From the NCBI GenBank assembly GCA_963749495.1, contig CAVVMW010000018.1:288001-352000 (forward strand): a DNA stretch of 64,000 bases, in the 5' to 3' direction. A program made the translations under genes and the position numbers. Below are positions 51,701 through 64,000 of the stretch, piece by piece (position 1 is the stretch's first letter; every line of letters begins with the position of its first letter). Under the pieces are notes generated by a model. It was not told the DNA's origin. It worked only from the letters and a program-made list of their open reading frames with translations, and searched no databases. The stretch comes from an uncultured bacterium (GTDB lineage Bacteria; Verrucomicrobiota; Verrucomicrobiia; Limisphaerales; UBA8199).

Positions 51701-54700
51701 TTTCGCGTTTGTCACGATTGCGCCGACCGTCAGCGCGCAGATTAGTGACAATGCGGCCGTGGCCGCCACCGGCGCCGTTCTGGTCGAGGCGGACGGCCAC
51801 TTCGGCGTCCTGGCCAAGGTCAATGGGTACGACTTCGGTGTGTTTGAGATAGGCGCCTCCGTGTCCCAGGCGACCGTCACTGCCGCCGTGTCGGCCCAGC
51901 TTGGCGAGGATGCCGTGGTGAGTTCGGCGGCGAGCGGTGTCGGTTTTGGCGCGACCGTCAACAACAATGATCAGCGACAGATTCAGGCCGTGGCCTACTC
52001 CTGCAGCGGCGGCATCATCGCCGGGTCTGGCGCCGAGGCCGACGCCACCGCCTCGCCCACGGTGACGAGCGCCGCCGACAGCGGCTCCAGTGTTTCGGCC
52101 GCCGGCAGCATCGGTTTCGTCGCTAATGCCACCCTCGATGCCGAGAGCAACGCGGGCGGCGTAGGAGGCGGCGTGGTCGGCATCGGCGCCAGCGTCAGCA
52201 ACAGCACCATCAATGGCGCCACCAAAGCTGATTTCGGCGGGGATACACTCCAGGCCGGCACAGACATCCTGATCAACGCCTGGCGGGACGGCAAGGCCAA
52301 CGCAACTTCGTCCGCAGTCACGGGGGGTGTCCTGGCCGTGACGGTCAATGGCGCGACGGGGCAGATAACGGATGAAGTGCGGGCGTATGTGCCGGACGGG
52401 GCCACGCTGAGTGCCGGACATGATCTTGCCATCCTGGCGTCCTCGACGGCCGATGCCCACGCGAAGTCCGGAAGCTGCAAGGTGACTGGCAACCTGAGCA
52501 TTGCCGCATCCATTGGCGCCTCCGAGGCCGACGCCACCATCACTCCGACCGTCGAGGGCGGGCTTGGGGCCGACAACGCCAGCGCGGGCAACCTCATTTC
52601 GGTGGAGGCCCTGCACAACGTCACCGAGACCAGTCCCGGCGTGTACGCGCCGGCCACCGACAACAGCGTGACGCCGCCCAGGAACCTGGGCCCTATGCCG
52701 AGGCTCATGCCTCCGGCGGCTCCCTTGGCATTGCGATAGGGGGAGCTACGGCTAACGCCACCTCCAAGGCCGATGTGAGCGCTCATGCTGGCGGCGACGG
52801 GGCGCACCTGACCGGAACCAGCGGCGGGGTCTCGGTGGAGGCGGCCGCCTCCAATGCCGCAATCACCATCGGGGACGGGCAGAACATTGGCGGCGTGGCG
52901 GGCATCGGCGCCGTCGCCACTACCAGCGAAGGCAGCGGCACGACCACGGCCTATATCAACGCCTCCACCGCGAGCGTCACCGGGGGCGGGTTGAAGGTGC
53001 TGGCGCTTGGCTTCGATACGGCCAGTGCCGATGCCACGGCTGCGTCCGGCGGCATCCTCGCCGCAGGCGACGCGGCCAACGCCCAAGCTACGACCAAACC
53101 CACAATCAATGGCTACATTGACCACGACGCGACGGTGAACGTGGCCGGAGGCGCCGCGGTGGATGCGAACTCCACGACGCAGGCCAACGCCAATGCCAGC
53201 GGCTCGAGCCTTTCGCTCGTGGTCGCTCTCGGCGCACTGGGCGGCGGCTCGACCAGCGCCGTGACTGACAGTCCGACGGTGACGGCAACTGTGAATAAGA
53301 ACGCGTCCGTGACGACCAGCGGCGGCATCGAGGTCCTGGCGCAGCACGATCAACCGCTCGACCTCTCCACTCGCCCGTACACCGACGGCACATTCACAGC
53401 GGGCAGCACCAGTGTTTCGACTGCGAACGACACGATCACCCTGCCCGGCCCGCACGGCCTGTCCACCGGCGACCGGGTTACCTACCTGGCGGAAGGCAAC
53501 ATGCCCATCGGCGGGCTCACCGATTCGGCAAGTTACTCGGTGATTAAATACAGCGATACCGCGCTGCGGTTGGGCGTGACGTTCACCGGGGCCAATGCGG
53601 ACGCCACGACCGGTACGATCACCTTCAACACCCTCCACAACCTGCTCAACGGGCAGGCCGTCACTTTTGGGATTGTGGGGGGCAGCGCGGTGGCCGGCCT
53701 GTCCGTCGGCACGACCTATTACGTGCGCGTGCTTGACCCCCATACCATTCAGCTCTTCACCAATGCGGCCCAAGCCAGCGCGGCGCCGGAGACCTTCGAT
53801 GCCTCGGCCGTGAACAGCTCGACCGGAACGATCACCTTGCCCGGCCATGGGTTCACTGAAAACCAGGCCGTGACTTACTACGCTCCGCCCGCCCAGCCGT
53901 TTACGTCCGACAACGTGGACGGCAATGCCAACACCATTACCATCCAGAATGAACCATTCTCGACGGGCGACCATGTCATCTACAGCACGAAGAGCAATGA
54001 CACGGTGGGAGGATTGTCCAACAACCAGGATTACTATGTGATCAAGGTGGACGACAACACCATCCAGTTGGCGGCCACCGCGGACGACGCGGCCAATGAC
54101 AACCCGATCAGCATCTCCGTGCCCGCATCCGAAGGCACCCACTTCGTCAACTTGGTTCCGTTGGGCGGCCTGGCCGACCGGCACCCTTACTGCGTCCATG
54201 TCGTAGATGCGAACCACATCCAGCTCAAGGGTACTCCAGGGGGGAAGGTGCTCGCCATTGACGCAACCAACGTCATGGGGACGCAAAGCCTCGGCCTGGC
54301 GGGCGTTCACCTCGACGGCTCGGGGATCACCAACACCCAATACCTTTACATTGACTTTACCGGCACCGGCTCCGGCACGCAGCAGTTGTCCGGCGCCGGC
54401 CAGGCGCTCAGCCTCTTCGGTCAGAACGGCCTCTCAACGGCCAAGGCCAGCGGCAGCGCCGGCGCCCTGCTTTTCGCCGACTCTTCGGTCCAGGCCACCG
54501 CCGACACGACCGGCACCACCGTGACCGCCACAGTCGACGATAACGCCACAATGGCTGCCGGCACGGACCTCTCCCTCCTCGCCCAGTCATCTGCCAATGA
54601 CCTCGCTCTGGCCCTCACTTCCTCTGGCGGCCTGATTTCCTGCGGTAGCGCCACGACGACCCTCACCCTCGACCAGGCTGTCACCACCGTGATCGGCGAT

Positions 54701-57700
54701 TCGGCTTCGCTCAGCGCCGGGCAGGACGCGCACATCGACGCCGAGAGCCATTTCTATGCGGCCAGCGACGCCACGGGCAGCGGCGGGGGTTTTGTCAGCG
54801 GCGACAGCGCCGAGACCGATGCCAACCTCACGCACGACACCGAGGTGGATGTGGGCTCGAAAGCCACGGTGGCCGCGGGCGGCAACCTCGATATGCTCGC
54901 GACGGTGTATCTGGGAGGCTCGCTGGGTGCCTATAGCGAGGAGGGCGGCTTTGGCGTCGCTCCCAGCGCCAATGCCAACTACAACGTCGGCTCGAGCGAC
55001 AACCGTCAGACCGTCCAAGTCCTTGTTGGCAGCGGCGCGGTCGTCTCGGCGGAGAAAGTGGCCACGCTCAAGGCCGACCTCTGCACCGATGGCAATATCG
55101 GGGTGGCTGCCAAAGCCGATGCCCAGAGCAGCCTGCTTGCCGATGTGGACGGCCATTCCACTCTTACGGTCACCTCGCTCGCCCTGGTCGAGGTTGACTC
55201 CGGGGCGTCGGTCACCGGCCATGACCAGCTTCTGGTCTGGGCCGAACATGAGGCCATTGACAACATCATGCAGGGGGAGGCGGACGGGGGCGCTATCGCG
55301 TCGCACCACGAATCGGCCGAGTTGGACCCTGATACCCAGTCCAACATCGTCGGGCAGGCGGGCGCCACCTTCGCCTCGAGCGATCTCGTGGTGCAGGCCC
55401 GAGTCGAGCCGACGGCCATTACAATGGTGCAAGGGAACAATCCAGATCAGCCCTTCAATTGGACGCCCGTCCGCAGCATTGCTTTTGACTCGAATGTGAT
55501 TGCCCTGGCGGGCGATCCCTGGCTCACCGTGGATGCCTCCGGCAACGTGACGAGCGCCCACGTCAATTACCAGAGCACCGGCAGCCGGGTGATCGTTAGC
55601 TCGCTCAATGACAACAATATTCAGCCCGTCCAGTTCATCACCAACAGCCTTGATCCGCAATACCCCGCCGGTGTGATCACCGGCAGCCAATCCACAATCA
55701 CCTTCCGCCAGACCTTCAACAAGGTCACCATCATCAACAATTCGCAGAAGGACCTGGAAATCGATGGCATTGACGTCCTCAACCATTCGCCGTTGTCGGT
55801 CTCCATCTCGGTGGACGACGATTCGGGTTTCCAGTTTGCCATCGGTTACACCTTTGGCACGAGCTTGGTCCAGATACGCAACCAGGGCGCGGGCACGCCG
55901 GCCATTTACTTGCAGGGGCCAATCAACAATCCCATCGGCGAAACCGATATCTCAAATGCAACCGGCGACATCGTCTCTGCCGGCCCCTCGGCCGTCGTGC
56001 GGACCAATGTCTTCCATGTGGCGGCTACGGCGGGCAATGTGGGTTCGCTCACCACCCCGATACCGGTGCAACTGGTCCAAAGCCAGGGCCGCGCCATCGG
56101 CCTTGCGGGCACGGCCGGCAAGACGCTCTCGCTCGATCTCACTCCCACGGCGCGTGATCCCGCGGTGACATCTTTCAATTTGCCGTTCGATTCTCTCATC
56201 GCCGGCGGCGATTTGAATCTTATCTTCGAGGCAAGTGTGACGCAACTCGCGCTGGGCAGCACCCCCGTTTACTTCGCCAGCGTCTCGGAACCGTTGGTCC
56301 CCCAGATCACAGCGCCCGTCTTCGCCCATTTCCCGCCCGCGGGCAACGATGCCGAGCCCCACATTAACTTCGACCTCGGGCTGTTCGGCACGGCGGGGCC
56401 GACGCCGCAGACCATTAACACCGCCTACACCCTCAGCCTCGTCCAGGCCGGCGGGGACATCAATATCCTGGCCCGCCCGCAGACCACCACGATTACCATC
56501 ACCGGCAACACCAACATTCTTGCCTCCGGAAAGACCAACGTTCAGACCAATGGCAATATCACCCTGACCGAAACCAACGGGGATATGCGCGCAGGCACCA
56601 TCACCTCGACCGCCGGCAATGTTACCCTCACCGCCCCGGCCTCGATTGTGGATGCGAAGAACGACGGGACGACGAATGTCAGCGGCGCCAAGCTCACCTT
56701 CACGGCCATAAGCGGCGGCATTGGGGCATTCGGCGATCACCTCTCCATTGTCTCGACGTTGCTCAAGGCCACCGCGGTCCAGGACGTCTTCATCACCGAG
56801 GTTACGGGCGACTTGAATATTGATACGGTGACGACCTCCAGCGGGGTTACTCTGAACGGGGCGGCGCGGATTCTCGATGCCGATCAATCCAGCACCCTGG
56901 ATGTGTCGGGCAAATACGCCGTGCTCGTTTCCGGTTCGGGCGTCGGCCAATCCAACCATCCGCTTCAGACCCAGGTCCTCAACCTGGAAGGGAGCGGGGG
57001 GACCGGTGGATTTTGGCTGATGAACCAGGGCGCGCTCATCATCGGCAATATCACCAGCCTGGACGGCCTGGCGGCAACCGGGCCGATCATCGTTACGGCC
57101 GCCAGTCCCATAACGATTCTGGAGGATGTCATTTCCCAGAATGCCGTGTCTTTGACGGCGTCCGCGTCGGCGCAGCCTGGCAATGACTTGACCGCGCCCA
57201 ACCCGGTGAAGATCACCGGGCAATCGGTCACGCTAACCGCCGGTGGCAATGTGCGCCTCTCGCCTGGGTGCCTGGTTCAAGCCACTGGCGCCATCCTGGT
57301 CCAGGGGGGAGGCACCCTGACCGCCGATTACAGCGTGACCTTCAATGGGGGCACGGTGACCTTTGTCGTGCCTGGTGACGCCTACATCGGACCTAATAGC
57401 CTGGTCCACGCCGGCACCGCAATCAGCTTCCAGGAAAACAACTTGATGGTTGACACCGGGACAAAGATCCTCGGCGGGTCCTTACATGTCCAGTCCGGTG
57501 CCGACGTCACCCTCGAGCCCGGCACCGTTGTCAGAGCGACCGGCGACATCACCATACAGGACGAGAACCTGACCGTGTCCAAAGCCGTGACGGTTGACGG
57601 CGGAACGGTCAACCTGCTCTCCCGCACCAACATTTACGCCGGCCCGGATAGCTTGCTGCGGGCGGCCACGGATCTGGAGATCTGCGGCGCGGTCGGGAAC

Positions 57701-60700
57701 ACTCACGCCGGCGTCGGCACCCTCATCACCATTTATGGCCAACTCGCCGCGCCTCTTATCGATGTTAAAGGCGGCAAGAACAACGACACCATTGACCTGA
57801 ACCTCCAATCGCGCGTTGGCACCCTCAACGTCTATGAATATGGCGGCAATGACTACATCAGCGCCGACGCCGATCTGATTAATGGCGGCGATGGCAACGA
57901 TGTCATCTTTGGCGGTCCGGGGGCCAATACCATCGTGTGCGGGGCCGGGCAGAATTACATTGACGGGGGCGGCGGCGCCGATGTGATCACCTCGGGCACG
58001 GGTGACAGTGTGTTGATCGCCCGCGGCAATGCCGGCGCCACCATCACCGCCGGGGGCGGCAACGACGTCATCTACGGTTCCGGCGGTCCGGACACCATCC
58101 AGGGAGGCTCCGGCAACGACCGCATCTACGGCGGGAACGGAAACGACACGATTTACGGCGGCGGCGGCAACGACGTTATCGTGTGCGGTTCCGGCACGGA
58201 TTACGTCGAGGGCGGCAACGGCAATGACCTGATCGTGGCAGGGCCCGGAAATGACACCATCTACGCTTACGGCAAGAATAGCGCCGGCGATAACCACTCT
58301 ACCCACTACATCTATGGCGGTGGAAACACGCACATCTACGGGAGCGCCGGCAACGATTACCTTTTCGGCACGGGCAATGATGTGATTGTCCCGGGCGGCC
58401 CTGGCAGTTGGGTGCAGAGCGGTGGCAATTACGTGCCGCCGGACACGACTGTGCCGCCGATTCCCCTTGCTCCTGGAAATGCCACCAACAACCGGGCATC
58501 CGGCGCTTCCTTGCCCGATACCCCGAACGTTCCGGGATGCTGGACCGAGTTGTCGGGCTCGGGCAGCGCCACGGGGCTCAGCGGGGATTTGGGGGTGGCC
58601 ACCGACCCGACTATTGTCGCGGGGACCACCGGCCCGTTCGCCGCTTGGGCCGATGCGCGCAGCGGCAATTACGAGATTTACGTTGCCCAATACGCCTCCG
58701 GCCAATGGCAGGAGCTGGCCGGCAGTGCGGATTCGGGTGGCGTCACCAACACAGCGAGCCAGTCGCGCCGGCCGAGCATCACCCTGGGCGCGGATGGCGA
58801 GCCAATCGTCGCCTGGACCGAGTTCACGGGGACATCGAGCGACATCCGAGTGGCCCGCTACGATCCGACTGCCAACGGCGGCCACGGCGGTTGGGTCGCT
58901 TTGGGCAACTCGCTCAGCGGCGGCGGCATCAGCAATACCGGCGCGGCCGATGACGCCGTCGTCCTCAATACGTCGGCCGGGCCGGTGGTCCAGTGGCTGG
59001 ACAGCTCCAGCGGCGTCACTGAAGTCTATGCCAAACGATTCTCCGCCGGGGCTTGGAGCGCCCTAGGCACCGGCGCCGCCGGCGGCAGTGGGATTTCCGC
59101 ATCTGCCGCCAATGTGAGCGACCTGGCGGCCTGCACGGACGGCACCAAGGTCGCCGCCGCCTGGTCGCAGGCCGATCCCTCGGGACACCGCCAGGTTTAC
59201 GTGAAGGAATTCAACGGAACCGCTTGGAACCAGCTCAGTGGTTCTGCCTCCGGCACCGGGGTCAGCGCGAGCACCGGGGCCAGCCAAGCCCCGAGCGTGG
59301 CTTACTTGGGCGGGAGTCTTTTCGTGGCTTGGCAGCAGGAAGCCGGTCCCGGGCTGCTGCCCGTGAATATTTGTGCGGCCCAGTACACCAATGGCGCCTG
59401 GGCAGCGGCTGGAACCGGCGCGCTGAGCGCCGGCGGCGTTTCTCACAGCTCCGGCATGGCCACGCAACCCAGGCTGGCCGCCAACGACGGCAAACTCTGC
59501 CTGGCTTGGGTGGATAATGAACTTCAATCTCACACAGCCACCAGCCTGAATCTTTACACCGAGGTTTGGAACGGCACGAGTTTTGTTGAGGAAGCGCCTG
59601 GGGATGCGAGTTACCAGGGGATAGCCGCCGCCAGCGGGCAGTTCCGAACGCTCGCGCTCACTGTCGATCCCAGCGGCCACCCGTTCGTCGCCTGGGATGA
59701 TGCCGCCGCAGGGAGGCCGTGCGTCTATGTTCGAGGGAACACCTTCAATCTGCACCGCTTGTTTACAGCCGGCGGCTCGACCTCGATTCAATCCATCCTC
59801 GATACTCAGGGCCCGGGGCAAGGCGATGTGATTGTCGTCGCACCTGGGACCAACTCCGCTGGCGGGTTGAACATCACGTCCAAGGACGCGGGCGTGCTTA
59901 TCCTGGGCGCGCCCGATGGTTCGACAGGCATCCAGGGCACCATCTCGGTCACCGGCGCCGCCGGTGTGATTCTACAGCGGTTGACCATCGGGGGCGGCAT
60001 CAATGCCAGCGGCAGCGACCGATTGGCGGTGCTGGACGACACAATCAAGGGCGCCGGCTTGACGCTCAACGGCGGCGCCAATGTGAGCGTGGCCCAAGAT
60101 ACCTTTACGGGAACGACCGGCATCCAATTTGCCGCTCCGGCCAGCGGTTATGTCGGCGGCAACACCATCCAGGCCTCCGGCACCGGCCTGAACATCTCGG
60201 CGGCATTCAACGGGCTCATCTTTGGCAATGACATTTCTCAAGCGGCCACGGGCGTGGCGTATGCTGCCGCCGCGACGCTGAGCGCCAACCGTATCCACAA
60301 CAGCACGACCGGGGTCAATGTCACCACCGCGGACGAACCCAGCGGACTGGGCTTCGTTGGCGCCGCCCTGGCCAACCAGATTTACAGCAACCAGACCGGG
60401 GTGACGCTGGCCCCGGGCGCGCGCATGCGCGGCCAGCATATTTACAGCAACACCACCGGCGTGACTGGATCGGGCATCCTGGGCGGAGATGAGTTGGACA
60501 CGGCCAATGTGATCGAGGGCAATACGACCGGCGTTAACTTCAACGGTACGATTCAGTTCAATCGCATCGCCGGCAATGGCGTTGGCATCCTCGCCACCAA
60601 CACACAGATTATCGTCCATAACCTGATCTACCAGAACACCCAGGATGGCATTCTCGTTGACGATGTCGCTGATGTCCGCATCGTCAGCAATACCATCGAT

Positions 60701-63700
60701 TGTCCGCTGGGCGACGGCGTGCACCTGCAAAACGGCTCGGGCAACGTCGAGGTGCGCGACAATATCTTCTGGGCGCAAACCGGCTACGACCTCTACGTAG
60801 CCAATGACAGCCAGACCGGGTTCTTCAGCGACTACAACGACCTCTACGCGACCGGAACGGGCCGGGTGGCTTACTGGACCAAGGACTTTGTTGACATCCT
60901 CGATTTCCAGGCCGACGTTGCGGCCTTCGACCTCCATTCCATCGGGCGGACGGTCGTTAACCCGCAGTGGGCCGAGCCCAGATTCTATGACCGGGCCGGG
61001 GCTGACTACCGCGTCTTTGACATGGTCGCCGGCCAGCGATTCTCCAGCCCGACGGTGGACAGCGCGGACCCGCTGACGGACGAGGGCCTGCCGGCCTCCT
61101 ACACTAATCTGCTCACTAATCCAGGCTTCGAGGCGGGGGTAACCGGCTGGAACGTGGACGTGGGCGCGGCGACCCGCAGCAGCAACCCGGCGCCATTCTC
61201 CGGCGGCAGCTACTTCTTCGCTGGACAGAACCCTCAGGGATTCGCCCAACAAACCGTCAATCTTCAGGCCGCCGGGTTCACCGCGGCCCAACTCGACGGG
61301 CAGGGCCTGGTGGCCGTGTTTGGGGGCAGGGTCCGAAGCCTGGACGAGACCCCGCCGGACCAGGGCCAGATCAAACTGGAATTCCTCGACGCCAATAATG
61401 CGGTGATCGGGACCGGCGGCCTCAGCGTGGCGCAGAATCTCTCCGACCGCTGGGAGCTGATCGGCGGCCGTTTGCAACTGCCCCAGGGCACCCGCAGCCT
61501 GCTCTTCCGCTTTGAGGCCAACCGCATGTCGGGGACCGACAACAACAGCTTTCTTGACGGGGCCTTTGTCTATGTGCGGAACGACACGGTCGCGCCGGAC
61601 CAGGGCGCCTTGGGGAATACACCCGCCCAGAACACGAACTCGACTCGGACACACCTCGCGTTGCGTTTCCCCGATCTTTACACCGATTGGGAAAAGAACA
61701 GCCAGCACCTCATCCTTTGGAACTCGTATAATAACTCGAGCCAATCGAATGTCCGGATCGATCTTTACCAGGATGACCCGGTGCTGGGGCCCAAGCTCTT
61801 GACGACCATTGCGGCCTCGGTGCCGGACACCGGGAGTTACCTTTGGATTCCGTCGAACAGCGGCATCAATTATGGGACTTACGGCCTGCGCATTCAGATA
61901 TCGCTGGTCAATGACAAGTCTGTGGTGGACCGCGGCACGGAAACCTTCACCGTCCCTGAATCCGGCAGCACTTACTATGTCAATGGCGGGACCACCGCCA
62001 ACACCGAGTACACCACCGCCGTCGGGAGCAATCGCAACACCGGCAAGACCCCCGCGACTCCCAAGCCCAACCCGGTCAACGTCCTCCGCACCTATGACCT
62101 GAACAGCGGGGCGGTGCTCGACGTGGACACCGGGGTTTATCCGCTGATCTATCCCCTCGTGATGAGCGCCCGGCCTGGTGTCGGCCTGGGCACGGACTAC
62201 GGTTTCCTGCTGCGCGGACCGACCGACCTGTCCCGCACCGCCGAGTTCACGACAGCCATTCCGAACAACCCCAACCAGGTTCTGCTGCTGCTCGACAACG
62301 CGAACCTGATGCAAATCCGTTTCCTGACCCTGACGGGCGGCCAACATGGCCTCTACGCCACCGACGGCACGACCGGCCTGGTGGCTGAACGACTTACCGT
62401 TCGCAACAACGCCCAGGAAGGCATCCTCTTCGACAATGCCAGCAGCTTCACCCTGCTCAAGGACATCACCGTCTATGGTCACAGCGGTTACGATGGGCTG
62501 AGCATCAGCGACGGTGCCGGGGGCCTCATCCAGAACCTGGTGAGCTACGACAACCAAAACGGTCTTGACGTGGGCAATGTCCAGGCGCTGTCGGTCAGCG
62601 GCGCCAGGATTTATTCCAATTCCGCCGCCGGCGTGGAAGAGACGGGATTCGGCACTGCCACCTTTGATAGCCTCAGCGTTTATGGCAACGCTGTGGGCAT
62701 GGACCTCCATGGCTCCGCCACCATCACCAATTCCGAGGTGTTCGACAACGTTGGCGAGGGAATCTATGCCTATTTCAATCCTCTGACTTTGCAGAGCTCG
62801 AAGGTGCATGGGAACACGGATGGCGTAGTCATAGGCGCAGGCCAGATCACAAGCAGCCAGATTTATGGAAACACGGGAGCCGGCATCCGCGGCGATTACT
62901 TTCCCGTCACTATTACCGGCAACACGATTTGCTCCAACCAGTACGGCATCTTTCTCTCCACCCTCGCGGAGGGCACCTCGACTCTCTCGAACAACCTGAT
63001 TTACGCCGACTCCGACTCCGCAATTCACATCGAGCAGACAGAGTTGGGTGGCTTCGCGATTGTCAATAACACCATTTACGAACCGACAGCCAATGGCGTT
63101 TATGCCTCGGCCTCGGGTAACATCGCCTTGCGCAATAACATTATCTGGACTCAGCAAGGCTACGGCATTTACATCTCGAACGACAGCCAGACGGGGTTCA
63201 GCAGCGATTTCAATGACCTCTATGCCACCGGCAGCGGCAAGGTCGGTTACTGGCAGGCCGACCGTGCCACGCTGGCGGATTGGCATTATGCCACCATCCA
63301 GGACGCCGACAGCATGGGCGCGGACCCCTTGTTCGTGAATCCGGTCGGGGCGGACGCGGTGCTCGGCGCCCCCAACACCCAGGGCCTCACCGCTTCCTAC
63401 TACCCCAATGCCACCTGGACGGGTCCGGCGACCCTCACTCAAGTCGAGCGGCAGCCTGGCTACCAGGGCTCCGGACAGCCCGATCCATCCTTGCCGGCTG
63501 ACAACTGGTCCGGGGCGTGGCAGGGATTTATCAGGCTGGAAGCCGCGGGAGATTACACCTTCTACGTCAACTCGCTCGGGCCGCAGCAGTTGATTGTCAA
63601 TGGCCAGAGCCTCGTCAACGATGCCTCCGATCCGGGCGTCGAGCGCGCCGTCACCTATCATGCCAGCTCCGCCGGCTGGGTCAGCTTCATTTACAAAGCG

Positions 63701-64000
63701 GCCGATACCAGCGGCCAAATCAACGCCCAGGTCCAATGGGCCACGCCTTACTCTGGACGGGCCGCGCTCCTGCCCGGACAAATCTCAACCGCGTCCACGC
63801 ATCTCAATGGCGCGGATGATAATTTCCACGAGCAATCCCTTTACGGCAGCTTCAAGCCGGGCGTGGGATTCACCAACGACTCGCAACAAAGTCCTGCCAT
63901 CAACCGGGGCGACCCGAACGATTCGTTTGCCAACGAACCGGCCCCGAACGGCGGCTATATCAATCTTGGCGCCTACGGCAACACCACTGAAGCCTCGAAG
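39739..64000 (+). CDS. Giant (>8,000 aa, incomplete) LEPR-XLL surface protein: beta-helical stalk, RTX repeats, beta-propeller, parallel beta-helices, carbohydrate-binding and PA14 domains; -1 indels near 42766 and 52690
   Basis: LEPRVMLS at the N-terminus. ORFs 39739..42891 and 42828..52739 join across a G run. From 52694 the +2 frame reads sensibly at every point checked up to 64000, and the ORF track reports no ORF terminating in that frame. Confidence 0.88.
57770..58385 (+). repeat. RTX/hemolysin-type Ca-binding nonapeptide repeats within the giant protein
   Basis: GGDGNDVIF, GGSGNDRIY, GGNGNDTIY, GGGGNDVIV, GGNGNDLIV and AGPGNDTIY. Confidence 0.9.

Noticed and set aside
59972..63781. 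1269-aa minus-strand ORF, plus others such as 51995..54340 and 50868..52616
   Set aside because: Antisense shadows of the giant plus-strand gene, expected from its GC-rich codon bias; no recognisable motifs.

Overview
GC-rich bacterial window. A PVC-superphylum origin, probably Verrucomicrobiota, is inferred from the LEPR-XLL leader, the TN-rich secreted proteins and the repeat types. It has six blocks. (1) 1-11933: a co-oriented phage-tail-like operon with connector/terminator-, tail-tube-, short tape-measure- and hub-like genes. It unexpectedly includes two signal-peptide-bearing proteins (an SGNH esterase with repeats and a LamG-like protein), and no integrase or lysis genes are visible at its right end. 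(2) 12156-20379: a polyphosphate cluster (ppx, ppk1, CHAD, sixA), then an MnmC-type methyltransferase, a secreted alpha/beta hydrolase and a CymR-like Rrf2 regulator. (3) 21056-24902: MBL hydrolase, SDR, rpe and lsrF. (4) 25686-32312: a decayed insertion hotspot with two partial comM copies, gene remnants (AbiEii-like, XRE, HNH), an atypical LuxR-type regulator and a secreted Cys-His-Asp protein with a partner gene. (5) 32343-39372: a CzcA-type RND efflux operon headed by a hypothetical GT-A-like gene and a CBM48 gene. (6) 39739 to beyond 64000: one giant (>8,000 aa) LEPR-XLL/RTX surface protein, split by two single-base indels; the ORF track misses its last 11.3 kb. Many intergenic spacers carry inverted heptamer/nonamer arrays, REP-like hairpins or MITEs. 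About seven single-base frameshifts look like long-read assembly errors. I recognised no rRNA, tRNA or CRISPR array. Family assignments come from reading motifs by eye, not from database searches.
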